Origin: the human T2T-CHM13v2.0 reference genome, Homo sapiens
DNA length: 64,000 nt
Direction: 5' to 3' (one strand)
NCBI RefSeq assembly: GCF_009914755.1
Contig: NC_060934.1
Shown: piece by piece, positions 1 through 12,650 of the stretch
Position numbering within the stretch: position 1 is the stretch's first letter
Layout: the number at the start of each line of letters is the position of its first letter
Notes under the pieces: model-generated
What the model saw: the letters and a program-made list of their open reading frames with translations, nothing else
Database searches by the model: none
Told to the model about the DNA's origin: nothing
Translations under genes and position numbers: made by a program

Positions 1-239
1 AAAGTTTGGGGATCTGATGCAAATGAAAGACCAAGAAAAAGTGCACAGAGACAACCATACAGAGTTTTTCACTTAATTTCAGGGAGTCTGCAAACCCCGA
101 AACCCATAAGTGGACCTCTAGTTACTAGTTACCTTTCTTTGCCTGATTCTTTTAACCAATAAAATACTTTGGCTATTCCAAGTGTTCAATAAATGTCTGC
201 TGAATTTAACTGATCCATTATTATTGTTTACTTCAAATA

Positions 240-455
240 TTTATCATTTATTCCTCTTGTCTAACTGAAACATTGTACCCTTTGACCAATATCTCCCTAT
301 TTCCCCCAACTTCTAGCCTCCAGTGACTACCATTCTGTCTCTGCTTCCATGAGTTTGATTGTTTTAGGTTCCACATAGAAGACAGAAATGCAGACTTGGT
401 CTTTTTGTACCTGGCTTATTTCACTTAGCATAATGTTCTCCAGCTGATCCATTAA
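240..455 (-). mobile_element. L1MA-type LINE-1 3' fragment
   Basis: ccattctgtctctgcttccatgagtttga...ctggcttatttcacttagcataatgttctccag is the typical antisense L1M 3' UTR. Confidence 0.75.
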
Positions 456-912
456 TTATCTACTGTGTTTCTAGCATTGTGGATCCCACTGGGGAATTAC
501 CATAAAATGGAAGACATTTCCCCACCATGTAATAAATCAACTTTAAAAGCTGTTATATTACTTAAGGGTCAACCAGCTTCAAATCCCAATTCTTTCTCCT
601 CAGCCTCTGTATCAACTGCCTTTAGATGCTATCTTCATGGTACCTTTATCTCCATGGTATCTAATCTGAATATTGTACTGAAAGGACAGATCAGAGCTTT
701 TGTAAAGAACAAGCTCCCAAATAGTATCCCCAACACTCTCCCTCCCGAAATACATACTCATTTGTATAATTTCTTTCTTTGAGTTGGAACTCAAATTTAT
801 TACATCTTCAATAAAGAGTCAACGGCAAAGAGGAAGGAGGCCCCTGGATCAACTGGCTGGGTATGGGGAATTCAGCTCCAGCCCAAATCAGCAAAATATA
901 TAGAGTCACAGA

Positions 913-972
913 CAATGGAAGAAAGGTGAAAAACAGATTCTCCAATGGAAGAAAGGTGAAAAACAGATTCTC
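913..972. repeat. Perfect 30-bp tandem duplication
   Basis: caatggaagaaaggtgaaaaacagattctc x2. Confidence 0.95.
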
Positions 973-1016
973 CTGGGGCAGCTGTCTGCTCAGCTCCAGT
1001 AGCAAACTGCCAGATA

Positions 1017-1398
<382 letters not shown>

Positions 1399-2229
1399 TC
1401 ACAGGCTCAGTTCAGCTCACATCTTGCCCCTTGGGAGCCCAATCCTGAGGCATTGGACGCAGGTGGACCATGACCTGTAATATTCTATCTAATTGTACAA
1501 TGCAGTCTTCAGAGGAAAGAAATCCCAGCTGGGCCCTCCAGGCAATCAGTCTAAAAGTCCTAAAAATATAGCCCAAATTACCCTAGATGTTTTATTTCTA
1601 TAGCATAGATTTTTACCAGGAACACTGCATTCGGGCTGCAATTCTGAACTTATTCCACATCTGTAACAGCCCTGCTGAAAAAATCTCTTTTCTAATCACT
1701 AGGCTGTGCTTTCAGTGACACTGTCACTTTCCAAGTACTCACAATCGAAATCACTTTTTATCTCATCTCTGCCACCAGCTCCCAAGCCTAAAGAAGGTTT
1801 TTAACAGTCTTCGTCTCCTGTAGCTCAAAGATTTTCTTTCCTATTTAGTGCCTTTGGCAGATTTTTGTAAAGTGATTTTGGTCTCTCCTCCCTGCTTCCC
1901 TTTGTCATTTTCCCCTTCTCACCTGCAGCCTGCTTTCTGAAGCTCAGGTTGAAACTACATTAAACAACAGGGTTAACTAAGAAGGAAGGCTGGAAAACTC
2001 CCGAGTTCCATACATCTGTGTCCCAATAATCCCTCTTTCTTCCATCTTAATGAGCTTCCTGCTTTTGTTAACTTTGGGTTCCACTTGAGCCCACGAGCTT
2101 CAGAAGGTAGAAAATGTGACAAATCCTCCAGTGGACTCTCAGAGGGAATGAACAGCTTCCATTAAAATCCAAATGCGAAACTGTCACAACACCTTTCGAT
2201 GGAGTGCACATTCCCAACGTGGCACCCCT

Positions 2230-3290
2230 AATGTTGAGCCCCTACCACATGGGTTGAGCCCCTACCACATGGCAGGTATGATTCCTGGAGTTGATTCTTT
2301 GGAGTGGTCAAAAACACAGGCACCGTCCCTAGGTTCATGAAGCCCACACTTCAGCAGGCAAGATGGACAAGAAAATTAAGTAGTACACCTGCTCATTTCA
2401 GATAACAATAAGGACCATGAAGAAAAAAAGAGTTAAGACAAATACAACTTTAGGGGATGCTCAAGAAAGTTCTCTAAAATTAAGATAATGAAGCAATGAT
2501 CTGAAGGCCAAGAACAAGCCAGACAAAGAGAAGGGCATTTTAAGAGAAATTATAACAAATGCAAAGACCCTAAGAGATACATGAACATGGTGAGTTCACA
2601 GTATGCAAAGAAACACCCCCTCCTCCACTCTGGCTTACATATAAGGAAGAAGGGGAGGAGGGAGAGGCTGGAGACCAGGGAGGAGAACTACACAGGGGCC
2701 AGATCACATGGGGCCTCATCGGTCATGATAAAGTATTTTTATTTATTCTACATGTATTAGAAGCCATTAGAAGGTTTAAGGAAAGAAGGGATACGATCTG
2801 ATTTTTCAAAAGTTCAAGTTGATAACATTTACACACAATTTTAAAAAACAGCAATCTGATATATAGTAAAATAAAGTGGATCATTGGTTGTGCTGGGCTG
2901 AGAGTGTGGGTTCTAACTGCAAAGAGGCACAAAGGTATTTTTCAGGGCAATGGAAATGTTGTCTTGATTGTAGCAATGGTTATATCGGTATATACATCTG
3001 TCAAAATTCATTGAACTATACTCTTAAAATCGGTATGTAAGTATATTTTACCTCAAAATAAAGTTGATTTTTTTAAAAAAATGGTCCCATTGGCTGCTGT
3101 CTAGAGAAGTGATTGCCAAGTAAAAGTGGGAGGACCAGTTAGAAGCCTGCCACTGTGGATCAGGTGAGCAACAATGCTGGCTTGGATTAGGGCAGTCCCA
3201 GTGGTGATGGGGAAGTAAGCTGATATTACATTTATATTTTGGAAGTACAACAATAAGAGTTTCTGACACTGCGTTGGGGGTGAAGCAGGG
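2230..3290 (-). mobile_element. L2 fragments with an embedded L1M fragment (~2840-3075, +)
   Basis: L2-like motifs (ggaggaccagttagaagcctgcc, gaagccattagaaggtttaagg) and an L1 3' end (gtcaaaattcattgaactatactcttaaaa...aataaagttg). Confidence 0.6.
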
Positions 3291-4359
3291 AATACCTTGC
3301 TAAGTGCTTAAAAGCCATTTTTAATGGTTCATTTATGATGCCAGAGTCCCCAGGCAAGCCCATTTAGGTGACATGGTTAATTATCTCTCATAGGCATTTA
3401 ATCTCCAAAGTGCAGAGTAGAGACCAGCTTAAGGAACTGGCATATCCCATGCATCTTTGGTTAAGCAGCACTACGCTCCAACTTGCTATAGCTGAACTAG
3501 GAAGGTGGCCCTGTTTTTTAAAATGCCACCAAACTGTGCCTTGCGTAGAGTAGGTATTCAATAAATAGCTGCTACATTTACTTACTCTGTCACTGGCATT
3601 GTGCACTTACTATAACAACTGGCTTTTTCCTCCTCTTAAGTTGCCAGTAATAAGGATAGAAGCTGAGTGGGAGGCTGAATTTTAGACTGCTTCCCTGATG
3701 CACAGTGACAACTGTGATATCCTCTGCAACTAATAAGGTCAAGCTATGGCTGCTGGCATCTTCTCAACTAGAAGGGTGACCCGCCTACAGCTGTAAGAGA
3801 TGAACCTGCAAAGTGACTGTCCAGACTTTATGGGATGGAAGGAAGCAAGCTGAGTGCGGATAACATCAAAGTCAGAACCGCATGAAGAGTGTGAACAACT
3901 ATATATGTGTAGTTCATACACACACAACCCCCTCCCCTACAAGCCCTTCTTACTCAAATGAAGTGGTCCTCCCTCTAGGCTTACACAATCAGCTGTCCTT
4001 TTTCTAAATGTAGACACAACTTCTGAAGTGTTTTACAGACATTGATAGTATTAATAATGTTTGCAATTTGCAATTTGCCTCTTCCTCACCTCCTTCTGCA
4101 TTCACTCATTACTTATCTGTGTGTCAAAATTGGGGCAGGCATCAGAGCTACTAAGAGGAATAAGACGTGACCCTGCAATCTTCCATTTATTAATCTAGAC
4201 ACATTCAAGTAGACAAGTAGACTGCAAACTCCTTGAAAGCAAGATTCATCTTTGATCCTCCTTTTGGATACCATCATATATCAAATATATAAATAAATTC
4301 ATACTAATCTATATACTGCCCAAATGTAAGGCAACTAAAAGAAAGCCATACTTTAAAGT

Positions 4360-4612
4360 AGGGGTCAGCAAACCTTTGTAAAGGGCCAGATAATAAATAT
4401 CAGGCTTTTTTTGTGATACAGATAATAAATACCTTGGCCTTTGTTCACCAAACAAAGTCTCTCTCGTGACTACTCAATTCTGCCTTTGTAGAGTGAAAGC
4501 AGCCGTCAACAATACATGAATGAATAAGCATGACTGTGTTCCAATAAAACCCTATTTAGAAAAACAAGTGGTGGGCCATATTTTTCCCACAGGCTATAGT
4601 TTGCCAACTTCA
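4360..4612. mobile_element. MER58A (hAT-Charlie)
   Basis: Termini aggggtcagcaaac...gtttgccaac; internal tgtgttccaataaaac. Confidence 0.8.
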
Positions 4613-5154
4613 GTTTTACGGAGTAAGACATAAATGAACAGAATATATTGTAAAGAATACCAATAAGGGTATAAATCAGTGGTTCTTACCTTTTTTGAGT
4701 CATAAACTCCTCTGAAAATATGATTAAACATCTCCACAAGAAAATACACCTACACGACTCTGCATTCAGTTCATCAACTCTACAGCTGAATTTATGTATC
4801 ATTAGTTCTGCAACAGGTTACTCATGAGAAAATAGGTTGTTCAGTGTGTATCCTCACCAGGGATAGAAACTGTCATATTCTCCCTCAAACTACCATTTGA
4901 GGCCCTCATCAGAACTTGGGCGGGAAACAAGGATCCTGGAAGGGCACAAGAAATATGCCCATGTTCTCCCATCTCTTTGGCACATCACACTAGGCAGTGC
5001 TGTGAGTTTTCTACACCCTTTGCCTTCACGCCCTTCCCCATTCCCTTTTGTTCATCAACTGAGCAAAAGTCCCAGAACTATCCTCACCCTCTGTTAAATA
5101 TCCATTTCCATCCCTCTACTGTGTGAGGCATTCTGCTTCAATAGGAAGACTCAC

Positions 5155-5301
5155 CAGCAAGCAGTGCACGGGGTCCCCCCTTAGATCCGTGTCCGGCGCC
5201 TGCAGCAAACGCCAGTCTCTGCCTTTGTTATATGTGATGAAAGTCTTCACTTGGTTGTCAATCTTCTTGTTAGCCAAGAACATTCCCTTTATCCCTGCTA
5301 C
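5155..5301 (-). CDS. SORCS1: SORCS1 coding exon (147 nt, phase 0/0; probably exon 10)
   Basis: TTTTTCCCAG|GTA GCA GGG ATA...TTG CTG|GTGAGT encodes VAGIKGMFLANKKIDNQVKTFITYNKGRDWRLLQAPDTDLRGDPVHCLL, with the Asp-box/BNR motif TYNKGRDW. Confidence 0.97.
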
Positions 5302-8300
5302 CTGGGAAAAATTGACATGGCTGAAAAATACATCAATTTGAGAAGGGATATATTTGTTTACTTTTTAAAAAAAGAAGGCTGTCAAAGTCAGCTGAGAGCA
5401 CTTGTCTTGGAGGAAAGAAAGGTTGACGATGGGGGAAGGAGGTGGCTCAAGGTATAATGACTTCCTAGGCTACTGGACAAACAACAACAGATTGGTGATC
5501 CTTATCATATGGGGGTCACAACAGGAGTTTGATAGGGGTTTCTTATTACCCCTAACATAGGCTGACAGGAGCCCGCAGTTGCCAAGAGATAAATTCTCAT
5601 GGTTTCAGCTCTGTTGCTTGGTAAGTAATAATAAATAAATAGGGGCTACTTCTATTGTATGCTAGTGTAGCACCCAGATCTCACTTAATCCTTAAAACAC
5701 TCCTCTTTGGTATCGTTTATTCTATTTCACAGATGAAGAAAGCTCAGGCTCATCCAAACAAAGTGACTTGCCTAAGGTCACACTGCCCAAGGGCACACAG
5801 TAAGTATCAGACTCAGGATTATTAACCCACAACTCTGCGGCTTCACAGCTCATGCTCTTAATGCCTACCTCAATTATCAAGCTATCTGCAGGCTTGGGCA
5901 GTTGAAAGAGGCAGTTAAAGCTCCTGAACCAATTACTGTTGCTTTATTTCTATGTAAGATCTCTCTGTTAAGCCACCAGAATACACGGAACATAAGAGGA
6001 CAGCTTTTAAATTTAAATAAATGGTGATTTCCCTAAATCATCAAATACTCCCTACTTTGTTTTTATAACATGGTTGTTCTCAGCCTAAACAGATGCTATT
6101 AATTATTTGGCTCTGAAAATATGATTGTCTCCTCCCTTCTATATGTTAGGTAAGAAGTAGTAATTAGTAATTTGTCAAACTATTACAAAAGCAAATAATT
6201 GTGCATTATATTTTTCTTGTGTTTTGGAGTTTATCAAACACATTCATGCATATTTTACCCTGCTTGCAACTGTAACAGCTCAGGAAAACTGGAGGGCAGT
6301 GAGGAAAAGGACTGAAACATGTTGAGTAATGCATTCCAATGCTGCATGTACATTACCTCATTTAATACTCAGAATAACCATGGAATAATTATCATTAGCC
6401 ACATTTTGAGGATGAGGAAATAGATACTTTGACTTGGTGGCTTTCTGGAACACACCTAGGGAGTAAGTGAGCAGGCTAGCAAGCCTATTTGAACCTACTT
6501 AACTTGGGCCCTTTATAACACGAAAAATTTTTAAGCAGAATAGTGAAGCAATTAGCTGTCACCTCTCCAGACCTCGCCAAACGCCAAGCACTATGTCCAG
6601 CATTTTATTTACAAAACCTCCAATACTCACTACAAACCTGCACCTGCAGCTTTTACCCCAATTCTACAGATAAAGAAACTGAGATCACAGAAAGTTGAGA
6701 TTCACACCCAAATCTGCCTGACTTCCAAGATTGTTTCAACAAATACAGCTTGAATTTGTCAATTCTAAGAGGTTGGGTTTCAATCGATAGAAGACACACA
6801 TTTTGCCTTTGCTTTTGACAGTCAGACCTCATTAGTGTGTACCTGCTGATCTGGCATCTGGGATAATTTATAGTTGGGCCAAATTTGTACTCTTTTGAAA
6901 CAACAAGCATGTTAAACAACTAAATGGTATAAATGAGCTGCAGAGAGGAATACTTTGAACTATCATACTCAGGAAACAAGGTGCATTCTGTGCAATCAGT
7001 AGCAGCCAGACCAACTTCTTGTGCATTGTCTAAACTCAACAAATGTGGAAGGCATAAACTCCAGGAGCACTCTACCTCACAACAGCAGTGTGTTAATTAC
7101 AAATAATATTTAGTAATTTACTACACCAGCTCCGCAAGGGCTTCCCACCAGGGAATTCCATATTGGTTTTGTATATGTTCAAGAAGCTGTTACATACTCA
7201 AATATGAATAAACTGCCAGTTCTTTAAAAAATTAAATTACGTAAATCAGAATTTCACAAAGTCATACTGGTCCTTCCTCTATACCATTCCCAGAAATGAC
7301 AAATGACCATGTCTTAGCCATTCAACACTCTAAAGGGTGACAATAACTGCAGAAGGAATAAAAATGTTACCTATTCCAGTAGTTTCATTGCCCATTTTCC
7401 TTCCTGCCCTCTCCCTCTTCTGGCAAGGGTGCCAGCGCAGGGTTATACATGTTTGGGAGCTGGTTCATTTGATTCGCAGAAGTGGCGACTTTATTGGCCC
7501 CCGACTGCTTGGCATTATCAAATGCCACTTGAGCAAAGAGCTGTGCTTTGTAATTCATCTCTGGCAGCTTGGCCTTCAGGTTTATCTTGAGGAATAAAAA
7601 CTTGGCAAAGTAAAGGGAATGTGTATCGACAGGGGATAGAGCTGGAGAGGGTCTGCTTATTGCTTATTTTCCTCTTGCAGCCAAGGCACTTTGTCCATTT
7701 AAGGTAGGGTTTTTTATTTTGTTGTTTTCTTTTGTTGCTTTGGCCTGGTCTGCAAATGTAGTCAGCCCTAGTCTTAGGTTTTTGTGCTATTCACTGTTCC
7801 TTTCACTCTGAGCTTGAGAAATCCGTCTTTCTGTGTGTCTCACGGAAACCCCTAGGCACGCACAAGCCACCTTCTTCCAGTACTCTATTCTAAGGTCTCA
7901 TCCTACGTTTCTTGGAACCTCTACCCTCTCACTGTAGGACTTTGGCTATCAAGGGGACTAATACCAAGCATTAGTGCCCCAAATGTGAAATGTGTGTGGG
8001 TGTACATGGGTGTACCTGTCTATGCATGTAGTATATGTCTCTCTTTGTGTGAGTGTAAGGTCTGAGGTTCCACTGAGGATGAGGGAGCATGTTTATGTTT
8101 CTAGATAACCTCTCTGTATCCATACTGCATGCATATTTATGGAATAGAGTGGAGCTAAGGGATGGGGTAGGGTGGGGTAAAGTAATATTTCCTACGGAAG
8201 CCATGTCTTCCCATAGACACAGAATTTCTGATGACAAACCTCCCATGGGAATGGTACATCCCACTGTTGGAAGTCTGTCCTCCTTTGGGAAAAGAATTGT

Positions 8301-9001
8301 TGCCTTTAATGCCCTTCTGAATTCTGCATAAAGATCTTTAAGAATTCTAAGTGTGCTGGAATGCTACTTTAGTCCCTTTGCTTCTCCTACAGAGAAATTT
8401 GCTACCAGACATCTCAAAAGTAATTAATAGTTATTTCTTATTATTTAATATCATATAAGTCAAGATATCATTTTAATTAGACTAAATATGAAGTGTTATA
8501 GCTCAAACCTTAAGCCTAACACAAAGTACATCGGTGCATTTCCTGTTGCCAACGTGATGGTCTCAGAACACTTCCTTCCCTTCTCTTATCTGACTCTCTT
8601 TGTTCACAAAGGCCACCCCCAACTCCCTGAGAAAGCCTCCTGATGTGCCTCTACCTATTCATCCTTAAAGATTCAGCTCATAAACCTTTTCCAAAAACCA
8701 GGATCTCTTTTCATCCTGATTATCCCAACACTTCTCTGTTCTTTAATTTGTCTCTCATACAGATGGTATCTGTATCTTGACTGTCAAGAACTGTGGGATC
8801 TTCCTAGGGGACTCAATATTCCTGTAAACATCTCTAGTACTCCTTATGCTCTTTATCATAAATTAATTCCAATTTGGTCATCCCCTGTGTGACCTCTCAC
8901 TTATGGTCTCCTACTCTAATACAACCTTCGGATTGTCATTCACTCCACCAACCTGCTCTTTAAAATTAATAACAGTAAAGTAACTTTATACAAAGAACCC
9001 T

Positions 9002-9327
9002 GTTTGTTTGTTTGTTTGAAACAGGGTCTCTCTCTCTCTGGCACCTAAGCTGGAGAGCAGTGGTGTGACCACAGCTCACTGCAGCCACGACCTCCTGGGC
9101 TCAAGCGATCCTCCCACCTCAGCCTTCCAAGTAGCTGAGACTACAGTTGCACACCACTATGCCCAGCTAATTTTGGGTTCTTTTGTTTGTTTGTTTTGTT
9201 TTGTTTTTGGTAGAGACAGGGTTTTGTCACATTGCCCAGGCTGGTCTCAAACTCCTGGGCTCAAGCAAGCCACCTGCCTTGGCCTCCCAAAGTGCTGGGA
9301 TTCCAGGTGTGAGCCACAGCGCCAGCC
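9002..9327 (-). mobile_element. AluJ
   Basis: Antisense Alu with J-type ctcctgggctcaagcgatcctcccacc. Confidence 0.88.
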
Positions 9328-9399
9328 CCTGTTTTTTTTCCTACTGAAATAGGTAGTAAGAGTTCTGCATTAGAAGGTACAACACCCAAGCCTCTGGTA

Positions 9400-9605
9400 A
9401 CCACGACTGGGGAGAAGATGCGAGGAGGAGAAATGGGGAATGACTACTAATGGTTGTGGAGCTTCTGTACTGGACAATGAAAATGACCTAAAATTGTGGT
9501 GGTGGCTGTGCAGCTCTGTGAACACACTAGAAACCACTGGATTTTACATTTTAAGTGGGCAAACTGTATGATATGTGACTTACATCTTAATAAAGCTGTT
9601 TTAAA
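9400..9605 (+). mobile_element. L1MB-type 3' end
   Basis: gaatgactactaatgg...aaaccactggattttacattttaa...aataaagctgtt. Confidence 0.75.
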
Positions 9606-9654
9606 GGAAAGATATAACAATCCAAATTTATTGATTATTAAATTTCAGGTACCA

Positions 9655-10171
9655 GAGGTTGAACATCCCTAATCCAGAAATCCAAAATGCTCCAAAACTT
9701 GGAATGTTTTAAGCACTGACATGATGCTATAAGTGTAACATTCTACACCTAATCATATGTGATGGGTCACAGTCAAAACACAATCAAAACTCTAAAGAAA
9801 AGAAAAATATTTAAGGTGATGAATAATCTCAAGTATACTAATATGTTATTTACTAATTATATAAATGTATTAAATTATTATATATACCCTGAAAATGTGT
9901 GCCTATTATGTACCAATAAAAAATAAAAAATAAATTTCTAGAATACAAAAAAACTGTTTAATGCACAAAATTATTAAACATATTGTTTAAAATTACCTTC
10001 AGGCTATGTGATAAGGTATATATGAAACATAAATTAACCCTGTGTGTACACTTGGGTCCCAGTTCCAATATATCTCATTATATATATGCAAATATTGCAA
10101 AATCCAAAAATGTCTAAAATCTGAAACCCTACTGGTCCCAAGCATTTCAGATAAGGTATACTCAACCTGTA
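9655..10171. mobile_element. Tigger4 (Zombi/MER46) non-autonomous element with nested L1M 3' fragment (~9795-9935)
   Basis: TIRs gaggttgaacatccct ... aaggtatactcaacctg|ta; the insert ends in aataaaaaataaaaaataaa. Confidence 0.75.
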
Positions 10172-11207
10172 CATGAAAGGCTTTGCAAACATGAACTTGT
10201 GAATCTCTGCATGCTTTAGAATTCATATTATCCTTATTTTACAGAAGAGAAAACTGAAATTCAGATGTGGCTAATCACTTGCCTAAGGTCATCCCATTGG
10301 AGAATCTTAGATCTGGACTCCAAGTCAGTCTGTCTAACTACAGAGTCTACACCCTTAGGCCTGTGGCTGTACTGTCTCTTCGAACTTCTCTCTCATCCTA
10401 GAGTGGCCTGAGAGAAATATCGTATCAGAATGTTCTACTCAAAGAAATTGTATTTTATTCAGTCGTTAGTACATTTACTCTAGCCATTCAATAAATATTT
10501 TCTGAGCATCTACTACGTATCATATGATCTTCTAGGCACTTGGCAGATATAATATGTAGAAGATCTCAACAACTATCTTTTTTGAGAGTTAGAATGTGCT
10601 AGGTGCTGAGAATTCCTATTTCTTTGGTGACTTAAAGAAAAAAACACAGGTATCTCCCTTGCTTTTTAGGTTTACTTTCTGGATGGTTCTGTCCTGTTCT
10701 TATGGGAATCAGTCTTCCCATAAATATCTCTAGTACTTCTTATGCTCTTTATTATAAATCAATTCAAAGGAACTTACATATTTGTGTAAGAAAACCTTTT
10801 GTAAGTTCCATGCAGAGGCTAAGTTGGGAAGACTCCTGTGCAAGAGTTTTTGCTTATTTCTGCCTTTAATGCTGACTAAAAGATGAATACTACCTACCAC
10901 CCTCTCAGTCTCAGACTTAAATTACAAATCCTAAGTACCAAAATTTCAAAAAAAAATTAAAAAGATGAAACAACGACTGTGGCAAGAAAGAGAACATATT
11001 CATGGCCACAATTTCTTTGGGCTTTGTGGATGGGATATTTTTCTCGAGAGGACAACAGGAAGGATAAACATGAGGCCGGGGTGCCTTCACAATCAGGGAA
11101 CCCACTGGCCAAGAAAAACCTAAATGTTCTTTCCTTCTCTGTTGCCTCAACCAAAGAGCACTCTCCTCCTCAAACAGCACTCTCCTCCTCTAGAGACAGT
11201 AGCCTGA

Positions 11208-11508
<301 letters not shown>

Positions 11509-12429
11509 AATAGTACATTCAATATCCTGTAATAAATGTATCTTCAATAGGACAGCATTTTTCTTCCCTACCTCCTAAACGAGATTGTAAGAGGCAGTCT
11601 TGCTCCAAAAAATCAAGATGTATGCTATATTATCATAACCGTTGAGTTTTCTCTTTTAAAGAGAGGGTACTCATAACGTACAGAAGACACTGTGTGTAAC
11701 AGAACATGCCCTGGTCACTGGCTGTCCTTCATGACACCCACCAGGGCTCACTCATGTATGCACACATTCTTGTGTATTCTGAATTTGTCAGCCAGGTGGC
11801 TTCACTCCCAACACAACCCTTTGCACTCAGCTGGGGTGAACTGTCATTGTCTATTAAGCCAAAGTGCTCTTCATCATCATTAATTAATATTCACTTCCCA
11901 AAGGAGAGAAGGTACCATCCAAACCTGTCAGGCTCCCTCTCATCATCCACACTACACAAAACCATCAGGCATCACTCTTCTCACAGACACTCAGCACATT
12001 TTTTTTTTGCTCTGGCCACCATCAGACATGCAGCCTGATGCACTGCATGATGCACACGATGCACCGGACCATTCATTCTATTCAGGTGTGATGGAGTTTT
12101 AGGACACTTGTTTCCAGGCTTTTCTTACACAAATACATCCACCCGACAAGACTGTGAGCCATGTGTAAATATAGCCTGAACTTAGCTGTAACTAAGGACT
12201 TGGTACTAAAGGTGCTGCATAGATAGGTCTCGGGCAATCAAACTTCTGATTCTCTTTACATTGACTTTTCCCCAGATCATTTTCTTCTTCCAGTCTTCTG
12301 TTTTCACTGGTATGCAAAGTCTAACCCTATTTACCCTGCCCTTCTATGTTCTTCAGTCTTAATGCTGTCACTCTTCCACAACCAAATACAAGCCCAGATG
12401 CTGATCCTTCAGGAAAAATGTGACAGTCT

Positions 12430-12650
12430 ATAGTTGAGAGTTTGCACACTCTAGGGTTTAGGTCCTAACTCTGCCACTTACCATCTTTGCGGTCTTGCAA
12501 AAGTTGCTGTATTCCCTCTGCCTCCATTTACTTATATTTGAAGTGAAAGTGACAACAGTCCCTACCTCATAATGTATGTACTGAATGGGAGAGTTATGGA
12601 AGGTTCTTTACACCATGCCTGGCATAAAGTGGCCCAAAATATTAGCCATT
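12430..12650. mobile_element. MIR
   Basis: MIR core (ctctgccacttacc...ctctgcctcc...ctacctcata...tgcctggcata). Confidence 0.65.

Noticed and set aside
5123-5457. Plus-strand ORFs over the 147-nt exon
   Set aside because: Antisense shadows of the SORCS1 exon.
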